The notes under the pieces: generated by a model | Database searches by the model: none | What the model was told of the DNA's origin: nothing | The model's input: the letters and a program-made list of their open reading frames with translations, nothing else | Translations under genes and position numbers: made by a program | In this document: piece by piece, positions 16,399 through 25,477 of the stretch | How the letters are laid out: each line of letters starts with the position of its first letter | Position numbering within the stretch: position 1 is the stretch's first letter | Assembly (NCBI GenBank): GCA_014728125.1 | Contig: WJMD01000097.1 | Coordinates: forward strand, 2,833-66,832 | Direction of reading: 5' to 3' | Origin: Candidatus Effluviviaceae Genus V sp. | Lineage (GTDB): Bacteria > Joyebacterota > Joyebacteria > Joyebacterales > Joyebacteraceae | DNA: 64,000 bases

Positions 16399-16587
16399 GG
16401 TCAGATAGATGGCGAACCCGAGGCACGCCATGGAGAACCGCCAGAGCGTCACGGGCGCCAGTCCTTGGGCGAAGCGCCCGCCGGAGAAGTTCACGATGAC
16501 GCCCAGAATGAAGACGATCGCCGCTACCGCGGCCAGTGCGAACGACACGAAGCGCACGAAGCACCCCCCTGACGGAACCGGGACCAC
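16399..16587 (-). CDS. small two-helix membrane protein (hypothetical)
   Basis: High-GC3 codons are present (MACLGFAIYLTLYDRGRRDGE at the C-terminus), along with two hydrophobic helices. The start is uncertain (ATG at 16587 or an internal GTG). Confidence 0.3.
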
Positions 16588-16730
16588 GCGACCTCAGACT
16601 TCGAGGGTACGTTCCCTGAATCCGGAGTGTCAAGCCACAAGGGCCGTTCCGCCTTGACCGGCCGGGCGCCACGGCGTAGAATCCGCGTAGGCACGTTACG
16701 GCACCCGAAGGAAGAGGATAGTGCAGGCAT

Positions 16731-17009
16731 ATGGACGACCGAACGTACGATCGCGAGATGGCCCAGCTCCTCGAGGAAGAGAACGAGAAGCTCGAGCAGC
16801 TTCGCGAGCTCGTCGACAGCGCGTGTGAGGAGATCCGGGGAGGTCGGCTCGACCGCCAGGAGGCGACGGTGCTCGCCCAGCGTGTTCGCAGGGAGGCCCG
16901 CGCGATCATCCCCGATCTGATGGACAAGTTCGACCTCATCTACAAGAGCCGCTTCGAGCGTCTCATCTCCCAGTACATCGACGAGGCCCGGAAGACCTCC
17001 GGTTCCTGA
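16731..17009 (+). CDS. hypothetical small acidic protein
   Basis: This 92-aa ORF shows coding-like GC3 and is charged and coiled-coil-like (LLEEENEKLEQLRELV). No homology was recognised. Confidence 0.35.
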   Translation: MDDRTYDREMAQLLEEENEKLEQLRELVDSACEEIRGGRLDRQEATVLAQRVRREARAIIPDLMDKFDLIYKSRFERLISQYIDEARKTSGS

Positions 17010-17183
17010 CCGTCTCGCACTCCCGTTCAAGGCCCGGATCCGCCGAGGGTCCGGGCGGTTCTGCGGCTGCGCGCAGCGGGCGAAACGTTTTGACCGAAGC
17101 CCGTGCCCTGTGGTACCTTGCGGGACCTGAACGTCCCGAGTCGGGGTCCGTTCCAGAGGAGCATCTGTGGCAATGGGGGAACG

Positions 17184-18014
17184 GTGACGATCGCAGTGCT
17201 GGCCAGCGGCAGTTCGGGGAACGCCATGGTCGTCTCTTCCGACGGCGTGAACCTCGTCATCGACGCCGGCGTCTCCGCGCGCCGTCTGGCGGGCGGTCTT
17301 CGGGAGCTGTCGATCGGGGAGGACGAGGTTTCGGCGGTGCTCGTCACGCACGAGCATCACGATCACGTCTGTGGGTTGGGCCCCGTGTCGAGACGTCTCG
17401 CTTCTCCGGTCGTCGCGACGCGCGGCACCCACGGCGCCGTGCGCTCGAGGCTCGGAGACGGCGGTATCGGCGTCACGATCTCCCCAGGCGACACCCTGAC
17501 GCTGGGCGGTCTCGAGGTCACCGCCTTCGCGACCAGCCACGACTGCGCGGAGCCCGTTGGGTATGCGATCACCGACGGCGAGGCGAGCGTCGCCGTCGCG
17601 ACCGACCTCGGCGTCGTCGACGGGGACGTACGGCGCCACCTGGCGAACGCCGACTGCGTCGTGCTCGAGTCGAACCACGACGAGAAGATGCTCGTCGACG
17701 GACGCTACCCCTGGCACCTCAAACGGCGCATCATGGGAAGGCTGGGGCATCTCTCGAACGCGGCCGCGGCCGCCGAGGTGACTGGGCTCACCGGCTCACC
17801 CCTCTCGCTTCTCGTTCTTGCGCACCTGTCGAAGGAGAACAACGACCCCGGGCTCGCTGTCGATATCGCGGCTGAGGCGCTCGACGGCGCGGGCCTCTCT
17901 GATGTGGAGCTTCACGTCGCCTCCCAGGAGCTGCTTCTCGGACCGCTCGACATCCCGGCCCGGCGTAGCGCCCGCGGGACCGCACCGGAGATGGAGCCAT
18001 CATGGACAAGATAG
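17184..18014 (+). CDS. MBL-fold metallo-hydrolase
   Basis: The HxHxDH motif LVTHEHHDHVCGL is present, with a downstream His/Asp pattern typical of the metallo-beta-lactamase fold. The start was taken at GTG 17184 (the ORF is open from 17103). The 3' end overlaps the ugd start by 13 nt. Confidence 0.7.
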   Translation: MTIAVLASGSSGNAMVVSSDGVNLVIDAGVSARRLAGGLRELSIGEDEVSAVLVTHEHHDHVCGLGPVSRRLASPVVATRGTHGAVRSRLGDGGIGVTISPGDTLTLGGLEVTAFATSHDCAEPVGYAITDGEASVAVATDLGVVDGDVRRHLANADCVVLESNHDEKMLVDGRYPWHLKRRIMGRLGHLSNAAAAAEVTGLTGSPLSLLVLAHLSKENNDPGLAVDIAAEALDGAGLSDVELHVASQELLLGPLDIPARRSARGTAPEMEPSWTR

Positions 18015-19330
18015 CAGTGGTCGGGACCGGGTACGTCGGGCTCGTCGGCGGCGCGGGACTGGCCGACTTCGGCAACACCGTCATCGGCGTCGACCTGGAC
18101 GAGTCCAAGATCCGGAAGCTGGAGAACGGACAGGTTCCCTTCTACGAGCCCGGACTCGCCGAGGTCGTCACGCGGAACGTCAAGGAGGGACGGCTCTCCT
18201 TCACGACCGACTTCGCGTCCGCCGTTGCGGAGTGCGGCATCATCTTCATAGCGGTCGGAACGCCGGAGGGCGAGGACGGCGCCGTCGATCTCTCCCAGGT
18301 CGACACGGTCGCCCGCGACATCGGCAGGCACATGACCGGCTACCGCGTCATCGTCCAGAAGAGCACCGTTCCGGTCGGCACGGCCGTCCGTCTACGCCGG
18401 ATTGTCGAAGAGAACCAGAGGGAGAAGCACCCGTTCGACGTCGTGTCGAACCCGGAGTTCCTGCGCGAGGGCTCGGCCGTCGAGGACTTCATGCGGCCGA
18501 ACCGTGTGGTCGTCGGCACGGAGAGCGAGAAGGCGCGCGAGATCATGCGGAACATCTACGCGCCGCTCTACCTCATCAAGACGCCGATCGTCGAGACCAC
18601 GTGCGAGACCGCGGAGCTCATCAAGTACGCCTCGAACGCCTTCCTCGCCACGAAGATCTCGTTCATCAACGAGATGGCGAACCTCTGTGAGAGGGTCGGG
18701 GCCGACGTCCAGACGCTGGCCTATGCCATGGGGCTCGACAAGCGCATCGGGCCGAAGTTCCTGCACGCCGGTGCCGGCTACGGCGGGTCGTGTTTTCCCA
18801 AGGACACCAAGGCGCTTGTGAAGATCGCCGAGGCCGCCGGTCGGGAGGCGAGCATCGTCGCCGCGGGGATCATAGTCAACGAAGCCCAGAAGCGGCGCAT
18901 GGTCGACAAGGTCCGTGAGGCGGCCGGCGGGAGCCTCGAGGGAAAGACGGTCGGCCTCCTCGGTCTCGCGTTCAAGCCCAACACGGACGACATGCGGTAC
19001 GCCGCCTCGGTCGTGCTGGCCGAGGGCGTGCGCGACGAGGGCGGGACCGTCCGGGCGTTCGACCCGGTCGCCGCTGAGAACGCCAGGGACCTCATGCCTT
19101 TCATCGAGTACTGCGACGATGCGTACTCGGTCGCGGAGGGCGCGGACGTGCTGGCCCTCGTGACCGAGTGGAACGAGTTCCGGCGGCTGGACATACCGCG
19201 GCTGAAGGATCTCATGGCCGCCCCGGTCGTCGTCGACTGCAGGAACGTCTACCATCCGTCCGATTTCGAGGAGCACGGGTTCACCTACGTCGGCGTCGGC
19301 CGCGGACGGTCGGAAGCCCAGGGTTCGTAG
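18002..19330 (+). CDS. ugd: UDP-glucose 6-dehydrogenase (nucleotide-sugar dehydrogenase family)
   Basis: A Rossmann motif MDKIAVVGTGYVGLV is present. The central domain carries the catalytic Cys region GGSCFPKD, and a C-terminal UDP-binding domain follows. Confidence 0.9.
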   Translation: MDKIAVVGTGYVGLVGGAGLADFGNTVIGVDLDESKIRKLENGQVPFYEPGLAEVVTRNVKEGRLSFTTDFASAVAECGIIFIAVGTPEGEDGAVDLSQVDTVARDIGRHMTGYRVIVQKSTVPVGTAVRLRRIVEENQREKHPFDVVSNPEFLREGSAVEDFMRPNRVVVGTESEKAREIMRNIYAPLYLIKTPIVETTCETAELIKYASNAFLATKISFINEMANLCERVGADVQTLAYAMGLDKRIGPKFLHAGAGYGGSCFPKDTKALVKIAEAAGREASIVAAGIIVNEAQKRRMVDKVREAAGGSLEGKTVGLLGLAFKPNTDDMRYAASVVLAEGVRDEGGTVRAFDPVAAENARDLMPFIEYCDDAYSVAEGADVLALVTEWNEFRRLDIPRLKDLMAAPVVVDCRNVYHPSDFEEHGFTYVGVGRGRSEAQGS

Positions 19331-19340
19331 GGGGGACGAC

Positions 19341-19847
19341 ATGTCGTCAGCAAGCGCGAGGAAGCTCCCGCCCGGCGTCCGGGCGAAGCGGCTCATCGAC
19401 GGTGTCGAGATCAAGGAGCTGCGCCTGATACCCGACGAGCGCGGCTATCTGATGGAGATGATGCGCGCCGACGATCCCTTCTTCACGAAGTTCGGGCAGG
19501 TCTACCTGTCGGTCGCCTATCCCGGCGTGGTCAAGGGCTGGCACTACCACAGGGTGCAGACCGACCACTTCACGATCGTCAAGGGCATGATGAAGGTCGT
19601 GCTCTACGACGACCGCGAGGACTCGCCGACGAAGGGCGAGGTCAACGAGTTCTTCATGGGCGAGCTCAACCCCATCCTCATCACGATTCCGCCCGGCGTT
19701 CTCCACGGCATGAAGGCCATAGGGACCGAGCCCGGCTACCTCGTCAACTGCCCGACCGAGACGTACGACTACGCGGAGCCCGACGAGTTCCGCGTCGACC
19801 CCCACGACAACGACATTCCCTACGATTGGGCACAGAAGGACGGGTAG
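19341..19847 (+). CDS. dTDP-4-dehydrorhamnose 3,5-epimerase-like cupin (RmlC family)
   Basis: DERGYLMEM...VKGWHYH...Q.KVV.V.KG...VV.D.R..SPT.G......L.......L.IP.G..HG matches the RmlC core pattern. Confidence 0.7.
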   Translation: MSSASARKLPPGVRAKRLIDGVEIKELRLIPDERGYLMEMMRADDPFFTKFGQVYLSVAYPGVVKGWHYHRVQTDHFTIVKGMMKVVLYDDREDSPTKGEVNEFFMGELNPILITIPPGVLHGMKAIGTEPGYLVNCPTETYDYAEPDEFRVDPHDNDIPYDWAQKDG

Positions 19848-19853
19848 GACCGG

Positions 19854-20813
19854 CTAGGACGCCGGTTCGCACGCGCCACGCACCGCCCGCAGCCGCGCTC
19901 GGGCGCGGCGGGCGCGCTCCGATGCCGCCTCGGAGGGCCTGATGGCGGCCAGCGCCGTCGTCAGGAGGGCGCGGACGGCGAGCGACGCGCGCAGGAGCGA
20001 CGCGTAGAGCCGGGCGCGGGCGGGCCCAGCGTGCTTCCTGACGAGGTCGGTCTTCGCGCGGAGGAGCCTGCGTTCGTACTCGGGGGAGACGTCGCCGGCC
20101 GTCGAGGACGCGCCACGCGAGTGGGCCACGACGGCGCGCTCATCGAGCACGACGCTCCATCCCCCGCGGCGGGCTCTCAGGCAGAAGTCCGCGTCCTCCG
20201 CGTAGAAGCGGAACGATTCATCGAATCCCCCCAGCTCCCGGAAGCACTCCCGCCTGATCGCCATGCAGGCCCCGTCGACATACTCCACCCGGCGCACCCG
20301 CCTCGGGCCGCCGGATGACCAGCGTGCCCCCGCCCGCCGCTCCGCGAGCGTATCCAGCAGGAACAGAGACCGGAGCGCCGAGAGGGCCGACGGAACGCGG
20401 CCCGACGCCCGCTGCCACCCGCCGTTCGGGTAGACGAGGGCCGGCCCCGCGACACCGACGTCCGGAGTCTCGAGCGTCTTGAGCAGCGGAGCGAGCGAGC
20501 CGTCGGATGTCCACTCGAGGTCGTTGTTCATGACGATGAGCACGCCGGTCGTCGCGCGGGAAACGCCGGCGTTGACCGCCGACGAGTAGGAGGGAGAGCG
20601 ACCCGTCTCGAGCACGAGGTCGACATCTCCCATCGAGGAGGCGTGCGCTGCGAGCGCGGCCGCTGAGAGCTCTCGAGTGTTGTCGACCACGATGAGCTCG
20701 CGCAGGAGCCGGGCGTCCGGGTGCGCGGCGAGCGTCTCGAGCAGTCTCGTGAGGATCTCACGCCGGCCGTAGTGAACGACCACCGCCGACGCCAATCCTC
20801 TCTCAGTCGTCAC
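19854..20813 (-). CDS. glycosyltransferase family 2
   Basis: A GT-A fold is indicated by SAVVVHYGRRE...LIVVDN...SSAVNAG...VMNNDLE...GACMAIRRECFRELGGFDE...FYAEDADFC. Confidence 0.8.
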   Translation of the reverse strand: MTTERGLASAVVVHYGRREILTRLLETLAAHPDARLLRELIVVDNTRELSAAALAAHASSMGDVDLVLETGRSPSYSSAVNAGVSRATTGVLIVMNNDLEWTSDGSLAPLLKTLETPDVGVAGPALVYPNGGWQRASGRVPSALSALRSLFLLDTLAERRAGARWSSGGPRRVRRVEYVDGACMAIRRECFRELGGFDESFRFYAEDADFCLRARRGGWSVVLDERAVVAHSRGASSTAGDVSPEYERRLLRAKTDLVRKHAGPARARLYASLLRASLAVRALLTTALAAIRPSEAASERARRARARLRAVRGACEPAS

Positions 20814-20942
20814 GCCGGACTCCTTCAGCCTTCAGTCAGGTGGCAATGGCGTCTTCATTCCGATAGAATCCACGGAGGCGCGGCCGCCGTGTCTCCGGCA
20901 TGATACACGACGACAGCCGCCTTCCCAAGCGGAGGAGAGCGG

Positions 20943-22463
20943 GTGCAGGAGAACCACGAGAACACGCTCAAGGTCGTCAAGGAGTCGGGCATCGGACTCA
21001 CGGGCCTGCTTTTCGGCACGGTCCTGAACTACGTCCTGCTGATGGTTCTGACGCGCTGGCTCGATACCGACGCCTTCGGCACGTTCGTCCTCGCCCAGTC
21101 GGTCGTGTGGCTCGCGGCCATCCTCGTGCTCTTCGGCAGTCCCCGCGCGCTCGATCGCTACATTCCGCTCTACAGGGCTAGAAACGAACCGGGGAGGGTC
21201 CGGACACTCGTCAGGTTCATTGCGATCATATCGATCGCGGTCGCCGTGCTGGCCGCGCTCGTGCTCTGGCTCCTGTCGCCCTGGCTCGCGGGCTCGGTCT
21301 TCCGGAACCCGCTTCTCGACGCGACCCTGGCGCTCATGGCATTGACGCTGCCGCTCATCGTCGTCGTGCGCCTCGTCTCGTTCGCCTTCGCCGGTCTCAA
21401 GGAGATGCGCTACGAGGTCTATCTGCAGCACCTGGCGACGCCGCTCTCGAAGATCGCGCTCGGCCTCGTCGTTCTCGCGCTCGGCCTCGGCTACATGGGC
21501 TGGCTGTGGGCCTACGTCGCCGCGCTGGCCTTCGTGGCGCTCCTGGCCGTATGGTTCGTCACGCGGCGGCTCCTGCCCGCCATCGGCTCCGGTCCTCGCG
21601 AACGGATAGACATTCGTGAGATCGTCGCCTACTCGTGGCCGCTCGGTCTGACCGGCGTCGTCGTCATGCTCCAGGGCCAGATCGATGTCCTCTTCCTGGG
21701 GCGCTACGGCCCACCGGCCGACGTGGGCATCTACCGCATCTACATCCAGATGTGCGCCCCGCTGCTGCTCGTCATGATGGCGTTCGCCCGCATCTACAAG
21801 CCGGTGCTCTGTGAGCTGATCGCCGGGGGCGGCACCCGCGACGCGCTCTCGCTCTACCGTCGCGTAGCTCGTTGGATCATGCTCGTCAACGCGCTCGGCT
21901 TCCTGCTGCTCGTTCTCTACGGTCGCGAGATCGTCGCCCTCGTCTTCCCCGTCGCCTACGCTGGTGCGCCGGCTGTCCTCGGGGTCCTGGTCGCCGGGCG
22001 CCTGGCCAACACGTCGTTCGGACCAGAGGGTATGACGCTGGAGGCCTTCGGCAACACGAAGCTCTCGCTCATGAACGCGGTTCTCATGCTGGCGGTGAAC
22101 GTCGGCGTCGACCTGGTTCTTGTTCCACGGATGGGTCTCCTGGGGGCCGCGATCGGGGCGACCTCCGCTACCACGATCGGGGGCCTCGCCGGGGTCATCG
22201 AGATACGCGTGCTTCACGGGTTTCAGCCCTACACCCGGCGGCACCTCGGGATCGCGGCGGCGATGGTGGCGGTCGTGGCTGCGGGACTGGGTGCCAGAAC
22301 GCTGCTGCCCGGGACCGGAGGGTTCTGGCTGGCCGCGCACCTCGCGATCGCCGTCGCCGTGTATGCGCTCGTCGTCCGCGTGACGGGTGTGCTCGATGAC
22401 ACCGACCGCGCGGTCGCGAGACGACTCGTGGACCGCGCGCGCGGGAACGGGAGACGAAGATGA
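20943..22463 (+). CDS. polysaccharide/O-antigen flippase (Wzx, MOP superfamily)
   Basis: The protein has about 14 TM helices and a polysaccharide-biosynthesis-protein-like N-terminus (KESGIGLTGLLFGTVLNYVLLMVLTRWLDTDAFGTF). Confidence 0.7.
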   Translation: MQENHENTLKVVKESGIGLTGLLFGTVLNYVLLMVLTRWLDTDAFGTFVLAQSVVWLAAILVLFGSPRALDRYIPLYRARNEPGRVRTLVRFIAIISIAVAVLAALVLWLLSPWLAGSVFRNPLLDATLALMALTLPLIVVVRLVSFAFAGLKEMRYEVYLQHLATPLSKIALGLVVLALGLGYMGWLWAYVAALAFVALLAVWFVTRRLLPAIGSGPRERIDIREIVAYSWPLGLTGVVVMLQGQIDVLFLGRYGPPADVGIYRIYIQMCAPLLLVMMAFARIYKPVLCELIAGGGTRDALSLYRRVARWIMLVNALGFLLLVLYGREIVALVFPVAYAGAPAVLGVLVAGRLANTSFGPEGMTLEAFGNTKLSLMNAVLMLAVNVGVDLVLVPRMGLLGAAIGATSATTIGGLAGVIEIRVLHGFQPYTRRHLGIAAAMVAVVAAGLGARTLLPGTGGFWLAAHLAIAVAVYALVVRVTGVLDDTDRAVARRLVDRARGNGRRR

Positions 22464-23941
22464 AACGTGTCCTCGTCATAGGACTGGACGGGGCCTGCTT
22501 CGATGTGATCGACCGTCTCGCGGACGGCGGCGCGGTGCCGACGCTCGAGAGGCTGATGCGTGACGGGGTGCGCGGGCCCCTCGAGAGCACCGTTCCGCCC
22601 ACGACGATCCCCGCATGGTTCAGCATGGCGACCGGGCTTCCGCCCGGGGAACTCGGCGTCAGCGATTTCCTGTACTTCGATCCACGTCAGGGGAGGATGC
22701 GCGGCGTCGGTTCGAGCATTCTCTGTGGACGGGCCGTCTGGGACGTGCTCGGCCGGGTCGGTTTGCGCGTCGGCCTTCTCAACTTCCCGCTTCTCTGGCC
22801 ACCGTGCCCCGTGAACGGGTTCGCCACGACGGGCGTCGGGGCCACCGCGGACGATGAGTACGCCTGGCCGCGCGAGCTGAAGCAGGAGATCGAGCGCGTG
22901 GCCGGAGGACGCTATCACCCCGTCGTGCCCTATCACAAACCCAGGTACGACGACCTCGACCTCTTCTTCGACGATCTCGAGACCGCCTTCGAGGGCCACG
23001 ACCGGGTCGCGACCCACTTCGCCCGGAAGGACGACTGGTCGCTCCTGTGGGTCGTCTTCTCCGCGACCGACTGGCTGCAGCACAGAACGTGGTCCGCGAT
23101 CGCCGGCGGATCGGACGGCGCCGAATCCGACACCCTCCGCCGGCACGACGCCTTCTGGACCCGGGTCGACCGCGCGATCGCCGGGCTCATCGAGGCGGCC
23201 GGCGATGGAACGACCGTGCTCGTCGTCTCCGACCACGGGTTCGGCTCGAACGACCTGGTGTTCAGGCTGAACGCGTGGCTCGAGCAGTGGGGATATCTCA
23301 CGAGGCGGGGGGAAGGGCGCGGCTCGACGGTGGCCGAGCGGTCGGCCAGGGCTGTCCGCGCCGTGGCGCGGGCCGTCGGCGTGCACCGGCTGGCGCCCGC
23401 GCTCTACGATCGAGGTCGGCGGGCCGCACGCCCCGCGTGGACGTCGGCGTCGCATCGCATCGACCTCGAGGAAAGCACGGCGTTCGATCCTGGGCATACC
23501 GTGCCGTTCGGCGGGATCTACGTGCGGGGGGCCGCGGACGAACCCGAACGTGCCGAGCGGATCGCGCGGGAGCTGTCGGAGTGGGGACGTGAGAACGGGG
23601 TCGAGATCGACTCCCGCGTACGACGTGGACAGCCCGTCTCAAACGGCAGACGCATGCCCGACATCATCGTCTCGGTCGAGGGGTGGTCCGGGGTGATTCT
23701 CAAAGAAGAGCTCGACGGTCCTCTGATCGAGCGCAGGCCCCTCTCGACGCGGCATACCGGCTCCCACCGGCCCGAGGGGATCCTCGTGGCGCACGGTCCG
23801 GGAGTCGCGAATGGCGTGCGCACCCGGGCCCGCATCACGCAGATCGCGCCGACGATTCTCCGATCCCTGGGGCTCGACGTGCCGCAGGAGATGACGGACG
23901 GAGTCATGTCGGAGTGCCTTCCGGACGACGACCGACCCTGA
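22460..23941 (+). CDS. alkaline-phosphatase-superfamily phosphodiesterase/nucleotide pyrophosphatase-like protein
   Basis: The N-terminal metal-site motif VLVIGLDGACFDVIDRL is present, with a later SDHGF. This matches the type I phosphodiesterase/NPP family pattern. Confidence 0.6.
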   Translation: MKRVLVIGLDGACFDVIDRLADGGAVPTLERLMRDGVRGPLESTVPPTTIPAWFSMATGLPPGELGVSDFLYFDPRQGRMRGVGSSILCGRAVWDVLGRVGLRVGLLNFPLLWPPCPVNGFATTGVGATADDEYAWPRELKQEIERVAGGRYHPVVPYHKPRYDDLDLFFDDLETAFEGHDRVATHFARKDDWSLLWVVFSATDWLQHRTWSAIAGGSDGAESDTLRRHDAFWTRVDRAIAGLIEAAGDGTTVLVVSDHGFGSNDLVFRLNAWLEQWGYLTRRGEGRGSTVAERSARAVRAVARAVGVHRLAPALYDRGRRAARPAWTSASHRIDLEESTAFDPGHTVPFGGIYVRGAADEPERAERIARELSEWGRENGVEIDSRVRRGQPVSNGRRMPDIIVSVEGWSGVILKEELDGPLIERRPLSTRHTGSHRPEGILVAHGPGVANGVRTRARITQIAPTILRSLGLDVPQEMTDGVMSECLPDDDRP

Positions 23942-23960
23942 CCGGTCGCCGGTCATCCCT

Positions 23961-25325
23961 TTACGCGTAACCCAGGTCCTTCAGTTTCTCGAGCGTTCTG
24001 CGGTCCTGCTCCACATCATCCTGTTCATCGCCGCCGCGGCTGGACCGTAAGAGTTCGATGTGCTCCCGAACATCTTCCGGCACATCAGGGCCCGGGCGCT
24101 CGTTGTGGCGCTCGAGCGGGTCTCGTGAAAGGTCATACCGCTCACTACCCGTGCGCTCGTCGTAGATGAACTTCTCCGTCGCGGTCCTCCGGGAGATCAC
24201 CCACTTCTCCTCCCATTCGAACTCGCTCCATGCCGCAGCGTCGGCGGCATCGACGTCACCCTCCGCTGAACTCAGGAGCGAGCGGCCCCGCATGCCCTCC
24301 GGCGGGAGGCCGGCCACCTCGAGCAGCGTCGGACCGATGTCGAGGTGCGACACGAGCCCGTCCTTCACCTCGGGCCGCCCGGAACCCGGCAGCTTGATCA
24401 GAAGCGGCACGTGGATGATCTCGTCGTAGAGCTTCGGTGTCGCGCCCATGTGTCCGTGACCGATCTCACCGTGCTCCCGGAACTCTTCGCCGTGGTCGGC
24501 CGTCACGACGATCGTCAGCCTGTCCAGCAGTCCCAGCTCCTCCAGGCCGTCGAGGAGGCGGCCGAGCTGGTCGTCGGCGGTGCGGATGTGCGCGTCGTAG
24601 AGGTCGATGAGCAGTTCGACGTCCTCCTTCGAGAGGCTCGCCTGCCGCGTCTCGACGTCGGCCATGACGCGCGCGAGTCTGCGCACGGACACCCGCCGTC
24701 GGAGGAAACACTCCCTGTGCTTCGGTATCGGAACGTAGGGTGAATGGGGCTCCGCGATGTGGAGCCACGCGAAGAAGGGAGCGTCGCCGTTCTCCCTGAT
24801 CCAGCTCAGGGCGCGATCCACGACCGAGCCGGCGGTCGGGTACGGCGGGATCCCGCTTCGAAGCTGCCTCGCGCGTTGCCACCTGAGAGCCGCGCGCGAG
24901 AGGGCGGGGAGCCCCCTGACGGCGGCGGCCGCTCTCCGCAGACGGGAGGGCGACGGTCCGTCCCCGGCAAGATCCGACTCGCCGACGAAGTCGTCGAAGC
25001 CGCGGTCCCAGCCGGCGCCGGGTGAGAGGAGCGGGTTGGAGACGACGGCGAGGGTCCGCGCTCCGGCGCTCCTGAACGTGTCCGGGACCGAACGCCGGAG
25101 ACCCGACAGCGAATCCGGGTCCGGCCGCTCGAGCGGGTAAGTCGAACTCAGGAGACCCTTCATGCACGATATCGTGGACGGCCCCGCGGCGAAGGCGCAC
25201 GAGTAGACGGTCGATCGCTCCGCCAGACGGCCGAGCGAAGGGGCCGTGTCGCGGTCGTACCGATGCCACGGTGTATGGTCGGCGCGCAGGCTGTCGAGCA
25301 CGACCAAGAGCACGCTGTCGTTCAA
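23961..25325 (-). CDS. sulfatase-family (AlkP-superfamily) hydrolase/transferase, soluble
   Basis: SVLLVVLDSLRADH is present at the N-terminus and TADHGE...GHGH later, which is a sulfatase-fold pattern. The canonical CxPxR formylglycine motif is not evident (SCAFAAGPST). There is no N-terminal membrane domain. Confidence 0.7.
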   Translation of the reverse strand: MNDSVLLVVLDSLRADHTPWHRYDRDTAPSLGRLAERSTVYSCAFAAGPSTISCMKGLLSSTYPLERPDPDSLSGLRRSVPDTFRSAGARTLAVVSNPLLSPGAGWDRGFDDFVGESDLAGDGPSPSRLRRAAAAVRGLPALSRAALRWQRARQLRSGIPPYPTAGSVVDRALSWIRENGDAPFFAWLHIAEPHSPYVPIPKHRECFLRRRVSVRRLARVMADVETRQASLSKEDVELLIDLYDAHIRTADDQLGRLLDGLEELGLLDRLTIVVTADHGEEFREHGEIGHGHMGATPKLYDEIIHVPLLIKLPGSGRPEVKDGLVSHLDIGPTLLEVAGLPPEGMRGRSLLSSAEGDVDAADAAAWSEFEWEEKWVISRRTATEKFIYDERTGSERYDLSRDPLERHNERPGPDVPEDVREHIELLRSSRGGDEQDDVEQDRRTLEKLKDLGYA

Positions 25326-25477
25326 CGCTTCACCCCCCGATGCTCCCTGCCCGCGTCCGGGCGACGCACGGCGGACCAGGTCATTGTAGCGGCTGGTCCG
25401 GCGATGACAACCCTCCAGTGGTGCTGCACTTGGGGCGTCCCTCGGCGCCGGAAAGCCTTTGACCGCGGCGGGTCACC

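Noticed and set aside
14113-16572. Plus-strand ORFs (14113..15276, 14552..15097, 15421..16572) inside the TPR membrane protein gene
   Set aside because: The minus strand encodes clear TPR repeats and a polytopic membrane domain. The + ORFs are charged, low-complexity antisense products.
20832-23497. Minus-strand ORFs 20832..22340 and 22229..23497 over the flippase and AlkP-family genes; the same situation holds for 25487..27130, 27088..28707, 33614..34765, 34802..36400, 43792..45252, 44954..46078, 51165..52553, 52202..53380, 55001..56773, 58646..60751, 61058..62020 and 62168..63712
   Set aside because: All are opposite to + strand genes with recognisable families. There is no RBS or start context, and the amino-acid composition is extreme. 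I treated them as non-coding.
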